From: Vicugna vicugna
Lineage: Eukaryota
Assembly (NCBI GenBank): GCA_013265495.1
Contig: MU058213.1
Location: forward strand, 1,922,001-1,986,000
Length of the DNA: 64,000 nt
Direction: 5' to 3'
Shown here in pieces: positions 24,011 through 37,170 of this stretch. The notes below the pieces were generated by a model. The model saw only the letters and a program-made list of their open reading frames with translations. It made no database searches and was not told where the DNA came from. The translations under genes and the position numbers were made by a program. Numbering within the stretch: the stretch's first letter is position 1; each line of letters starts with the position of its first letter.

Positions 24011-24440
24011 CTAAACTGTACTTTCTATAAATGAATTAATGATAATACTTCTATTTTAATATGCCAATGTATAAATTAAATGGTGGGATTTAAGGTACAA
24101 AATTTTCTAATTTTTCCTTCCCTGATGAGAATATGAAATATATCATCATAGGTATTTACTTAAATGTTTTTTGTTCATACCTAATTCATAGAGAGAATAA
24201 TGGATTTTAAGGTGTGAGTGAATCTGTCTACCTACCTATTTAATCATTCAGCATCTGGCACTATGATTTTCCTTCTCATATTATAAGAGCATTGGATATT
24301 TGTTGGATGAATACATTTTAAAATATATAGACTTATTGCCCAAATTATCCTTCAATCTCAAATAATTAAAAGAAAGATTTTCTTAAATATGTTGTGAGCT
24401 AAAGGAGCTGCTGCATATTTACTCTTCATCAGAAGGCAGT

Positions 24441-24530
24441 AAGGAAGGAAAGAAGGAAGAAAGGAAGGAAGGAAGGAAGGAAGGAAGGAAGGAAGGAAGG
24501 AAGGAAGGAAGGAAGGAAAGGAGGGAGAGA
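24441..24530 (+). repeat. (AAGG)n purine tetranucleotide repeat, about 14 perfect units at 24461-24518
   Basis: Direct reading. Confidence 0.97.
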
Positions 24531-24610
24531 GGCTAGAGAGCCAAATATAACCAATAATAATTTTTTAATGTCCAAAATAAAAATAGTCAAAATCTCTAGG
24601 CATGTCTTAC

Positions 24611-25428
24611 CTGTCAATTCCACATGCCAGTTCTAAAGGCATGTTAACTAACTTATTAACTAAAAATAGTTTGCTCAATAAGTAAACTATCATGTTTGAC
24701 TCTTGCAAAGAATCAGAATTATTTTCCAGTCCTCTTGGCATCCCAGCCTGATTTGGAAGAGTGGAAGTGTATTTACTTGACAAGTCCAAAACTTTTCTGG
24801 AAAATAAATTCACTTTTGAATAGTCTTTTTTCACTTCAGCATTGCATAAATCCCAACCTGGCAGCATCAATGAGAAGTGATCTTCATTTGAAGCAAGTCC
24901 TAAAGAAACAGGACCCTGAAGCTTTAAAATATTGAGATGCTTAATACAGAGATTATCTAATTCTTTATCCACTCCCCATGGTAAAAGGCAAGATAGGAGC
25001 AATTTAGCTGTGTCTATTGTGAGGTTGGCATCGACTTTTCTTGATTGCTTAGGGTGCATCTTTTTGGAGCTCTTTATTTTCTTCTGCCTTTTAATGCCAT
25101 CATTTTCTTCTGATAATTTGATGGTATTGTCTCCTTGGGCTGGGCTTTCACTGACAGGCTGGGCTTGTGCCTCCGCTGAGAGAGGACCGCAGGCGGTTTT
25201 ATTTCTTTTCAGTGTCAGTGTTTTCTTCTCTACTGTGCTTTTGGCTCTTCTCAGGATCTCGCTGCCATAGAATGAATTGGAAGGGTCCACGTCACAGATT
25301 GGAGTTGGCAGCAAAAGTTCAACAAGGTTTTCCAGATCAAATAGAAGGATATGAAATCCAATGTTACTCCATTTTGTCCTCACAGGCAAGACATTAAAAG
25401 GTCCTGAGAAGGACTTGGTATCAGCAAC
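24611..25428 (-). CDS. WDR72: WDR72 large coding exon (~exon 15), 818 nt: [35 protein letters not shown]...[11 protein letters not shown](S)
   Basis: Acceptor ttttttatttcccttag|GTT and donor CAG|gtaaga; overlaps the 260-aa ORF 24607..25389(-). Confidence 0.97.
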
Positions 25429-25924
25429 CTAAGGGAAATAAAAAAAAATTATGTGTCAAAGTTCTTATTTTAAGTGACTTTATTAAAGGTTCCATGATAT
25501 TAAAATGGCATAAAAAGAAATTATCAAGTAGCAGTACAAATAAGCAAATCATTTCAATTTTTTGCCTTAGCTAAAAATTCCACTCTAAATTAAACATTCT
25601 ATATTCTAATATTTTTGAAAACTTTTTTCCTTTCATATTTCCTCTAAAATAAGATGAATCAGGCTATGGAGTAACATAGCATCAGATTAATGTCCTTTCA
25701 GATACACTTTCATATCTTCCTATCAATATAGCCATGAAAATACACAACAGGGAAAAAGTGGGTATGAAAACTAAGGACAAGAGTTAGAACACCTGCAAGA
25801 ATTTAGGAAGTCTTTTAACAAAAAGGGTCTGTCCAAATTTGTTTAAAATGTTAAATAATTGGAAGTAACCTAAATGTTAACCAGTATCAAATTGCTTTTG
25901 CTTTTTTTTTTTTTAAAGGCTTAT

Positions 25925-26280
25925 CTTGTGGACTTGCATTTGTTCTTTCTCTAAGAAGCTTTTGCCCTAAATACTGGCCCAGTGGGCTTCCATACTGCAG
26001 TTATGTTCCTGCTCATTTAGGAGGCCTTCCTTTAGTACCCTGTGCCCTCATGCCAACCCATTACTCTCTAGCCTCTTCCTTGCTTTTTTTTTCTTCATAG
26101 TACTAATTATTACCTTATACTATATGAAATGTTTATTTGTTTACTGTATATTTTCCCCAATATCATTCAGACTCCACCTTTGCGGGAGTGTTGTGTATCA
26201 CGTTGTTCCCAATGCCTATAAAATAACGCTACTATGCAGCATTATTAAGTGGCTCAATAAATATTTGTTGAATGAACAAT
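25925..26280 (+). mobile_element. L2 3' end
   Basis: gaggccttcct...tgtttatttgttt...ctcaataaatatttgttgaatgaa terminus. Confidence 0.75.
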
Positions 26281-26283
26281 TAG

Positions 26284-26328
26284 TGTATATATACACACAC
26301 ATATATATATGTATATATATATACACAC
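26284..26328 (+). repeat. Compound (TA)/(CA) microsatellite
   Basis: tgtatatatacacacacatatatatatgtatatatatatacacac. Confidence 0.85.
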
Positions 26329-26329
26329 A

Positions 26330-27260
26330 ATGAAATATCATTCAAATATTCTAAATGGTGGTATACAATGACATTTATTGGGAAAAATGTGTTCTATTAA
26401 GCAGAAAAAAAATCCTTTTGTAAAACTATGTATGTGCTAATATACAGATTTTAAAGATTGATATATACATATATGTACACATATAAATATATATTAATAT
26501 AGAATATGTTTATAACATGTGTTACATGTATTCACTATACATAGTAATATAAATATTTATGTGTATATAGTCACAAGACATTTATCAAAATGTTGACAAC
26601 AGTTAATTGGAAAGAGGGTATTAAAATCATGTTTATTTATATCTTATAGGTTTTTTAAATCTAATTTTTTGGAACTTTTTCCCGTAATGATATCTTTAAT
26701 TTGCAATTATAAAAAAGAAAATTAAAAAATAAACAGTTTAAAAATTAAAAAAACAAAATAGGGACAAGCTTAAAAAGTACTTTTTTAACCAATAAGATAA
26801 GGGTTAGTATAACTATTAATAAATAATTTTTGCAAATCAAAAATAAAAAGTACTATACACATTGAAAAATGGGCAAATAGCATCAATAGCAATTCACAAA
26901 TAAAAACATTCAAATTAAAATATATAAAAAAGTGTTTACTACCAGTGATAATCAAAAAGTAAAATTAAGATAAAAATACCATTCACTACCTATTAATTTA
27001 GCAAAGAGGGTTTCTTACATTATTTTATTATGTAATGTTTAGTACATACAAAATAATACATACACTATACATTTAGTCCTAGGATTATCAATGTTGTATA
27101 CCAAGAAACATGGACAAAATTATATAGCATCTTTATCCATAACTGCCCCAAGCTAGAAACAACCTACATGCCCATCAACAGTTGAAAGCATAGAGACATT
27201 ATGATGTATTCAGGCAAAAGAAAAATATACATTGAAGATGAAAGAACTATAGACATTCAA
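26330..27260 (+). mobile_element. Ancient L1M (L1ME-like) fragments
   Basis: gaaaaatgggcaaatagcatcaatagcaattcaca; ccccaagctagaaacaacctacatgcccatcaacag. Confidence 0.6.
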
Positions 27261-27299
27261 CAACCACATAGCTTGGATGAGGACAGTATAAGGACAAGT

Positions 27300-27655
27300 A
27301 CAGGAAACTATGAAGGTCTGAAGTCCTGACTCAGGCTGGGGGATTCACTAAGCAGGAGTGACACCCAACTGAGATCTGAAAAGTTAAGGAGAGATGAACT
27401 AAAGAAAAGTGGGAGGCCAAGTATTCCAGGCAAAAGGAAGAACATGTGAAGACTCCTGGGGTGATGACTGGACAAGGAATGAGAAGGTATACAGGGACCA
27501 TGTGCTGTAAAGATGGCTACAGAGTAGAATATGGGAGTGTAGAATGAGCCACACAGGGCAGGAGCTAGATTACACTGAAGCCTTGCAAACTATGTGGAGT
27601 TTCAAATGTATTTGAAGAGCAGTTATGACCCTTGAAGGGGTACTTAAGCAAGGAA
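27300..27655 (-). mobile_element. L2 fragment
   Basis: ctgagatctgaa...gtattccaggcaaaaggaagaacatgtgaagactc...gccttgcaaactatg. Confidence 0.6.
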
Positions 27656-30600
27656 GTCCCCTATACACAAACTAAAGCCATGATTTCTTTCAAATTAGGG
27701 GTTTATGAAGCAGGCTGAAGACAGGATTCTACCCTCCAGTGCCCTTCCACTTCAAAGCTCTAATTAATCTTCCTTGGCCACAACATCTAGACCTCCTCAA
27801 ATACTGGGCCAGTCAAAATCATAGCAATGGTTCTAGCAATATACATATTCCCTGATCTGGTCTCATCTTCTTATTTTGCGACCCACACCAGCCCAATAGG
27901 CCCATTGTACTGCCATAAACAAAAATCCTAAATTTCTGCTCCTAAATATGGCCACCTTAAGCCTCAGGAGCAACTGGATGCTTTATAATATTTTTAAATC
28001 ATAAGTGTTATCCCACATTTACTTACCATACAACAAAGTTGGTTTCCATTTGGACACAAGTTCATTAGATGATAAGTATAAACCATTGTTATATTTTAAT
28101 GTACTATAGTGATTAAATATTATAATTCTAGCTTGTCATCATTGTTTGAACACTTAAAAATCTTTCAAGAAATAGTGAGTACATTTTTAAAGTCATGTCA
28201 CTAAAGGATTTTAAAAATAACATTTACCATTACTTTGTACACAAGTAATACAAAATGACAATATCTATAACAGTAATTCCTGAATTTTAACATATCATAA
28301 GCTGTGCATACACAAAATTTAGTGATGTGTAGCAAAGGCTATAGTAAGTTTTAACCTTATTTGTATTTGCATGTTACCTACATGCAATATATTCCTTAGA
28401 AAAGAATTCTATTAAAAGTAACCTGCTAAATCATGACTGAATGACGTTGTGCAAAAATGTAAATATAATTATATTACTTTTAGAATGATAAGGTATATGT
28501 AAACCATCATTATATTAGAAGCATTTTAGAAACATTTACCAATCTGGTTGCAATAAAAAAAAGTCTAGAACAAGTAATGAAATACAAAAGTATTTCATCC
28601 AATCTATAGAACTGCAAAAATGTGAGGGCTAAACATAAAGTTTAAGTTATTAGTTCACATGTTGTTTATAGAATGCTCTCTGATTGCCTGGCAGATAATT
28701 CCCAAAATGTGCTGTGCAGGCTTTGCATACATAGGGAAGGTGCCGGTATTTTCCCTAACATCACTTCACATTTAGTCCTACTCTCTGAAGTTCCAGCTTG
28801 AGGCAAGAGAGGAGGTGTGGTTTACAATCAGAGCAGCAAGATGGTAATACTAAAGGACAATGGTCCATTCCAACCTCTGAACTTTGTGAGGCTGAGGAGT
28901 AAAATGGTACTGATATATCTACATGTGAATGCTCTAAACAGCAGGTGGGGAGTAGAAAGACGCACACAGAGCTGAGCTCTTTGTCTGAAGTACACAGATT
29001 GAGGGAAAAGCTACTGAGTTAGAAAGTCTGCAAGTAGAATTCCAGATGGCCAGCGGGCAGAAATTATTCTTCTACTGCAGAATAAATGACAAGTAAAACT
29101 AAAGTCAACAACACAAAATTCAAACTCTCAACAACCCGGTATACATATAAAAAAGAAAACCGAAAAGGCCCAAAACTTTGGAGGAAAAGAGTGTAATATG
29201 TGTGAAGGTATAAATTTAACAGCTTTATTTTTTTAAGAAATCTGTTCGTGTATTTATCTTTTTATTTACTGTGCTGTGTTCAGTTTGTGCTTCTTCCTTT
29301 TCAATTTGATTCGGAAACACAAAATGGTTAAACAAGACTTTTTTTACCCCCTGCCTTTGAAAGTGGAAATACACGGTCTAACAACATGTTCTGATAAAAC
29401 TTCTCCCTGAAAACATCCTGGATCCCCTGCTGAGTTTGTTATAAAAGAATTTGACCTGCTCAACCTACCACAACTACAAAATACATTTGGTAAAACTGAC
29501 TTTTAAAACTACTCTCATCTTCTCACTCTTGTGATTCTGCACAACAAGACCTAATACAAATATTCAAACACAAAGTAAGAAAACATATAGGTAATAGCTG
29601 CCAAATATTTTAAATATTTAGTTATGTTAGAGCAACAAGAATTTAGAAATGGTCTAATCTGACCCCTTCCCATTAAACAAGGGAGAATAAAGGGCAGAGA
29701 AGTTATGTGACTTTTCAAAATTACCCATTTGGTAAACAGCCAAGTCAGGACTCTTAAGTCTATTTTTTCTGTCTGTTCTTCAGATGATATTATCAACTTA
29801 AATTTTTCAAAGAATGGAATAATGTTTCTTACTTATTATTTCTAAGATATATAAAGGGTCCTCATTAGCTAAGCATTCATTTTATGAAACACCATATTCA
29901 CTGAGATGCATAAGGAAGAAAAAAATCATCCTTATGTAAAAATATTTACTTACAAGCCATTCATTTAAAAAATTAGCACCCTTTCTAACGTAAAGGCTCA
30001 TCTCTATTCATTAGTCAGGCCCTGACTGATTATCAAATAATGCAATCGAATTGCCAAATAGATAGCAAGTACTATTAAAAATGAAGGATTACACTAAATC
30101 CAGAGATGTCAGAGCTATCTGAGTCACACCCAATGCCACTGATAAATAAGGATCCAGCAGGGGAGAGCAGTTAGTAACTGAAGAACAGAAAATTAATTCA
30201 GATACTTCAAATGACAAATCTTGCAATATAAAGTGTATAAGAGACCTGTGAAATACTTGATTATCCTTTAGATACTTTTCTAAAATAACTCTTCATTAGT
30301 CAATGTGAAATTCAGACATAAAGTAAAAGGTAACATACTGTGTACCATACAATTTAATGGAAAATATACAAAACATATAATTGTTCTAAAGTCATTTAAA
30401 GAATTGGTGTATAATTGCAATCATAATCTAAATTTTGTTAAATATAATATAAACACACTTCAATAATTTTAATTTTATTTTTGAGTTAAAATTTTTTAAA
30501 AAAAATTAATCTTTAAACAGCTAACTCAGCAGACTAACCCTGTGCTCTCCAACCCTCCTGACCACTGGTAGGCTGCATTCTACTTTCTGCATTCCAATCA

Positions 30601-30762
30601 CAGGAACTATGATACTTGCTTGTCAGTAATTTCACCTTTTTGTTCTCAATCTTCTTTTCCCAGGCTTCTAATTTTATTTACATAATTTAATAAGTTATGT
30701 AAAAATGAAGGAACTCTCCATGTAAAACATAGTCCCCTGAGAAAAGAAATTTTAATAACCTG

Positions 30763-31245
30763 TGGAGAGGTTCAGAATGAGCCTCCCTCAAATGTGTCAC
30801 TTTTGCATGAAGATTATTTTGAGCCAAAGGTCATCAAGATCCATAGGTTCAAGAGAAACTACTGCCCTTCCCTTAACTATCTAGAAGAAGTTAAACTGGG
30901 GATTTTTCCCAAAAAGGAGTTATTACCAGAGATAAATTTTATCTAAGTAGCTCCATCTATATGGAAGAGCAAACATGTAATTACCAATCACTTGCCCTTT
31001 GTCTTATTGTCTTGTGAACGACTTTCTTGTCCTTGAAAGCCCCGGACTCTTGTACATTTCTTAGCTCAGGATGTCATACATACCTCATTTTACCTTTCTG
31101 TCTCTGACTCTCTCATGAATGTGGGATTTCCATAAATACGAAATTAAATTCAATTTTCTCCTGTTAATCTGCCTCATGTCAATTTAATTCTTAGACCAGG
31201 CAGAAGAACGTAGAAGGATATTGGAAAGTTTCTTCCTTCCCGACA
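30763..31245 (+). mobile_element. ERV1 solo LTR, MER34-family-like
   Basis: TG...CA ends; gattattttgagc near the 5' end; ttttctcctgttaatctg...cttccttcccgaca at the 3' end; probable 4-bp TSD cctg/tctg. Confidence 0.75.
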
Positions 31246-32574
31246 TCTGAATGACCCTTGGTGATGAGTCACTCTAAAAACTCCTAGCTAACTAGGTATG
31301 GATGAAGCCATGCAGCAGATCAGAAAATAATCCTAAAAATGTACAAAAATTTTACACTCTGGTTACTATGTAGATTTCTGAATTCTTTCTATTCTTTGAA
31401 TAAACAAAAACTGAAGTCACAGTTGATACCTTACAAGTGTAGTTCATGGAAGAAAAAAAAAAGTATTCTAGATAATGTATCAAGGAAAACTATCAACATC
31501 AAAAGATTTGTGACCATGGAAGTTTTTCAAGTGAGGATGGCACAAATGATGGGGGAACAATGTGATATCTGTGTATTGAGCACTATCACTGAGAAATTAT
31601 ATGATTAAACAATGGGGTACATTTTATAGTAAAGGTAACATAATCTCTCAAAGTGGAAAATTTTCTGAGAATCAAGTCTACAATGTAGAGGAATTTATAA
31701 CCTAATATATAACAAGTTGTCTTTAAAACATATGCCCACAAAAAGCAGAGAATATGATACATGGATACAAAAAGAAATTACAGCAGCTCCCTGTACCTTT
31801 GCTATTAAACACTTCAGATAGCTACTTGTGTTTCATGATAAATTAACAAATCTTAGAGGTTTTGAAAGAGTAAGTTGACTTCTGGTCAATTTGGCAAAGT
31901 GTAGACTTTGAAGCAAATTATTTCTTACAAATGCGTACCAATAATGGATGAAATATTTTTTAAAAGAAATTAAAAGGTTTAGACAAGAATAAAAACAAAA
32001 TAATCATCTCTGAGGACCAAAATGGGACGGAAACACAAAGCGTTGCGTTAAGGTAAAGCAACGGGCTTTCTTAACAACCAATCTATAAGAAGGTAGCTGG
32101 TCTTTAGAGCTCAGCTCTTGAGGTTAATGTCACTGTGAGGGTGGAAGACCTAGAACAATTTTGTAACCTGTAAGTGAATCAACCCATAAGTTAGTTCTCT
32201 AATTAGACAGAAATATACACAGTATCACTGCAATCCAGTCCTCACTCTGGATAGAGGACCTTGAAAAAATAGATAGAGGCAACAATAAAACCAACAGAGA
32301 ATGATCAGCTGAGTATTGAGGGAGGGAGAGAAAAATAAAACATACCAAAAAGAAAAAACACGAGAGAAAAAAAGTCCTCTAAAAATGAGCCTATAAATCA
32401 AAATTCCAAAACATAGGAGATCTGATAGAAAGATAGCTAAAAAAATAAAAGCTGAGGCATATATTTATGTATAAATCAATGCTTTAGAATAGATTGAAAA
32501 AGTCATCAAAGAGAAATTAAAGAAATAACACTCACAAATTCAACAAGGAGATATGAAAGAAAAAAAATTAAACG

Positions 32575-32860
32575 TTTTTAGTAAATTTAGAGTTGTGCAG
32601 CCATCACCACAGCCCACTTTTAGAACATGTTCGTCACCTCGGAAAGATCCCTTGTGACCATTCACTGCCACTCCCTATCCCTGTCCCCACTCCAGGCAGT
32701 ACTTTCTGTCATTACACATTTTCCTTTTCTGGATATTTTATACAAATGGAATCATTCAACATACGGACTTTTGCATCTGGCTTCTTTCACTTAAGCATAT
32801 TTTTTGAGACTTACTCATGCTATAGTTTGTATCAATATTACATTCTTTTTTATTGCTATA
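32575..32860 (-). mobile_element. L1MB/L1MC-like 3' UTR fragment
   Basis: gagttgtgcagccatcaccaca...ttttctggatattttatacaaatggaatcat...ctggcttctttcacttaagcat. Confidence 0.8.
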
Positions 32861-34534
32861 TCCTTATTAGCTTTATATTGAAGAAATAATCTTATAACTG
32901 AAGAGAAATAAAAATGTTCTAACATGTCCATCTGAGATCTTCTTTATGCTAGTAATAACATTTCCTTTGCACAACATTTCTCTCCTTCCACATTTTCACC
33001 ATTTGAGTCTAGGGATCTTTGTCATTTTAACCTGGCCTTTCACAGAACATCTTTACTTGTTGCCTGACTCAAACCCAGCCTGCACAGCACTGTCAGAATG
33101 ATCTAGGTTTAAAAAAAAAATAAAGTGCCTTGAATACATTACTTTCAAAAAAGTAATTCTCAGATGCTCTAACATGCCTGTAGAATAAAGTCCATCTCCA
33201 TTGGGTTGGCATAAACAGATCCCCAGTCAAGTCCTTTTCTCCCTATCTTGTATAACTTGACTCCTCCTCCTCCTTTGGTCAGATTTCTCTACCTGATTCT
33301 TTTACAGGTTTGACTTATTTCCACATGTGCATCTTTGCCTCTGCTTATCACCTCAGCAGCCATCCTTCTCCTCAGGCTCTAGCCCACGTCCTACCTCTTC
33401 AGTGCTACCTACCTCTTGTAGAGCTCCACTCCCATATTCGCTTTCTCCTTTCTCAGCTCTTCAGTAATTATTTACTGCATCACTCTTTTAGTTTTACAAA
33501 ATCACAGACATTTTCATGTGTGAAAGTTTAATCTTCCTCTAAAGGTGAATGCAGCAACTTCAATCCAGGAACTGTATCTTCTGATGTGAGCTATTTGAGA
33601 GCAGAATTCATGCTGGGTTTTTTTTTTTTCCGGCTATTTCTTAAATCAGTATTTTACAAATAGCTGTGTCCGAGAAAATTCTTGGAATAAAAGATTTTTT
33701 TTATATCTCCTACACAACCAGAAAAATGAATCCATGAAATGGCACTAACTAATGAAAGCGATTTGTTTCCCTTTAACTCGAAGACAAAATGTAAATAAAG
33801 GTAAAATTTAACTTTACTATCTTATATCAACAAAGAGCCAGGATATAAGCTATGTAAACTTACCTAATATTAGATGGAGTCTTTTTTTCAGCGGTGAGAT
33901 TAAAAAAAAAATTCAATACCATAAGGAGAGGAGCTATCTAAAGGCAGCTCCATCACTGACACTTTTGCTGGTGCCTTAGCAAAAAGTAAGAGATGCCAGG
34001 TCTAATTCCTAATCTAGCAAGGCTTTCCTTTCTGTCCAATCAGACAACAGGGGGTCACCCAAGAATGGAAAAATGACACAAAAAGAGCAATAACAAATTT
34101 CTGTTCCAGTGCAACACAGCAAAGGCTTATGGAGCATGGTTCTGGAAGTTAGGAAAAGTGACATTTAGTCACTGGTACTTAAACAAATGAAATATCCTTG
34201 TAGATTTGTAATCAGGATTTCATACTTCCTAATCACATTTTTTCTTTGGTACACATGTTCACCAAATTACAAGGAAACATATTGAAGAGTCAGAATTTTT
34301 CTCTAAGTTTAAAAGATCAAGAAGGTATCATTTGTGCTCTAAAACATGCATATTAAAGCATGGTTACTGCAATACTAGCTTCCTCACTAAGAAAGTCTGC
34401 ACCATCTCCTGACATCCCTGGACAGCAACATTCTCCCAGTGAACCAGGCTTAAATCTGGATATCACATTTTCCTTCTCTGAAGTCCTCTTTTTCTGCAAT
34501 GCTTCTCACACCATGTTCCCTCCTTCACATTTTA

Positions 34535-34660
34535 CTAATCATTCATTCATTCATCTGTCAAACGTTTACTAAGCATCTGCTGTATGCCAGGTGCTGTGCC
34601 ATATGTGGGAGACTCAGTGGTGGGCAAGACAAACACTGTCTCTGAAGCACGCAGCACATT
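34535..34660 (-). mobile_element. L2 3' end
   Basis: cattcattcattcat...tttactaagcatctgctgtatgccaggtgctgtgc. Confidence 0.75.
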
Positions 34661-35689
34661 AGCCTCCTCTCCTAATTTCAGTCTGTGCTTGGTACTGCTG
34701 CGTGATTCTGCTGCTGTCAGTAGTTTGTCTTGGCTTTTCAGCTTTTTTGATTTCTCTGCCTCTGGGTATTTTCTCACGTTGAGAATGCCCTAGCACCCAT
34801 CTATGGAATGTCTACCGCTAAAGAAAGCTCATTTCCCCCAAGAGATTTCCCTACACAAACCATTTCTAATCTCCTCTTCCAGTTGTAACCTTGCTGCCTT
34901 TGAATTTTTCTTTTTAATGACACTTTTATTTCTTTTTCAACATTTACCTTTTGCCATCATCATATGTATAATTATCATTACTTTCACCCACTCCAATCTC
35001 TAAAAAGCTGAGCATGCCTCAAACTCGGTGCATTACCAGCAGGAATTTGTTCTGTTAAGAGTTGGTAAAATATAAGATCTTTTACAGAATACTTCATTGA
35101 GCCTAAAAGTGCCAGGTCAGTGGAGTCATGAAACCATTGAGGGCAAGTATACTGATTACAAGGCATTCTCCTTCTAGTAACTACTCAATAGTGAAACATA
35201 ATGATGAAGATGTTATTCCAGGTCTTTTTAAAAAATAACAAATAAAAGCCAGCACATTTTAAAAAATCATTATCAAGCATGTCTTTGTTTCTGGTAACTT
35301 GGGATTCAGCCTTTAGGTGTTAGTCCTGCACATTTCCATAAGCCCATCTCTAACCTCTTTGTGACCTGAGGAATTCACTTAAGAAACTGTCGCCTAAGTG
35401 AAAAATAAGTGCCTCACAACACTAGGCCACTTAAGCACCTAATTACAGGGTCAGTCAAGAATCAGTCTACTTCATAACAGATTGCCTTCATCAGCAGGTC
35501 CCTGTCTACCCAGAGCTTCAGTTAGGGTGCCCCCACTTTAGGGTCTTTGCATCTTAGATGTCACTGCCCTCTGGACTATGACTCCTCAAAATCTTTTTGA
35601 TGCAGAATTTGGGGTTGTTTGGAAAAAGACAAAGTGTTTCCTAAGTGAGCCATTTCTCCATAGATTACAAATGAAAACCACTGTTTTCT

Positions 35690-37170
35690 ATGCCTTCTCT
35701 GAACATACCTGTGCTGAAAATCACAGAACACTATTCAGGTTCTTTTAAAAGTTTTTTGAAATAGAATTTCAGGGTGAAAAGATATGTGCCTTAAAAATGT
35801 TGGTTAAACTGTTGGACTATGCTCCAGCAGGGTTGTTTCAAAACACACTTCAACCAAAAAAATGAGTAAGTTATTTTGTCATGTCATTAAAGAGTTCATG
35901 ACTTCTTTTAGCATTTACTAATCTGATTATAAAAAATGTGCATTGATTTTTTTAGTGAGGAAAACCTTTATGACTACTTGTATATTTTTCTATGATTTAA
36001 GTGTTGGTATTTGATGAATTTCCTATTTTACTATTTATCTTTTCCTCATCAATTAATAAGAGCCCCTTCATATGTAAAGAGATTAATCCTCTGTTGAATA
36101 TATTGCAAATATTCTCTAGTAGCCTTAGACTTTAAATTTATAGATCTTTGGGGTTTTTGCAATACAATTTAAAACATTTAAATAGTAAAACTATAATTGT
36201 TTCATGTATCTTTTGGGAATTTTGTCACTTATAGGCCCTTCACAATTATTAAAAAAATTATATATTTTCTTCTAGTAATATATCTTTCTATATTTAAAAC
36301 TTTTATTCATCTGAAGTTACTATTTTGTATAGAGTAAGGATATTATTTTATATTTTATGAGAAATTACACTCAATTAAACAAAAGCTACTTATTAACTTT
36401 CCTCTATGATTTTAAGTGCCATCTTTTTCAAAGAGCAAAATATGATTTATAGACATCCTCATTCCTGAACTCTTTTTTTCTTTTCTATTTGTCTATTTGT
36501 TTGTTCTTGAATGAACTCTACTGCAGATAGACAAACGGATAGACTATAATGTTTGACATCTGAGAAAAAAGCCCCATGTCCATTCTTCTTCTTTTGTCTA
36601 ATTTTTCTTAACTCATTTTGTACATTTATTTTTCCAGAAGAATTTTTTAATCAACTCACCACATTCCCAAAAACTCACCAAGGAGATTTTAGAAGTAATT
36701 GTTATTAAATATATAGATTTGTGACTGCAGACATTTTAAAAATACCATGCTTTCCATCTGGGATTATATTATGTTACTTAACCAAGATATTTTTTCATAT
36801 CTTTAAGTAATTTTTAAAATGTGTTTTCACATGGATCTTGCATATGTATTATTAAATCTATCCCTGTCTGTTTTCTACTTTTATTGCTATTATGAGTGGA
36901 ATTTTTTATATTCATTGTATTTTCTAAGTAGTGCTTTTTGTGTTTGTATATGAGTTTTGTTTTTAGCTCTACTATGCTTAAATTTATTTTTTGTTTTATT
37001 AGATTTTCTGTTCTATTTATTTTTTTAATGTAAAGTATCTACCATTACTATATTTGAATAAAGTAGTTCCATTCTTATTCTTTTTATTTCTTTTTCTTAT
37101 CCTTTGTCATTTGCTAAAACTGCCACAAAAAAGTTAAATAATAGGGATGGTAGATTATTATAAATTAAAT
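35690..37170 (-). mobile_element. Highly diverged L1M fragment (~1.5 kb)
   Basis: T-rich tract with remnants such as atattgcaaatattctct, tttatttttccagaagaatttt and tattattaaatctatccct. Confidence 0.6.

Noticed and set aside
24696..25397. Plus-strand ORFs antisense to the large exon
   Set aside because: Shadow ORFs of the coding strand; no promoter or splice evidence.
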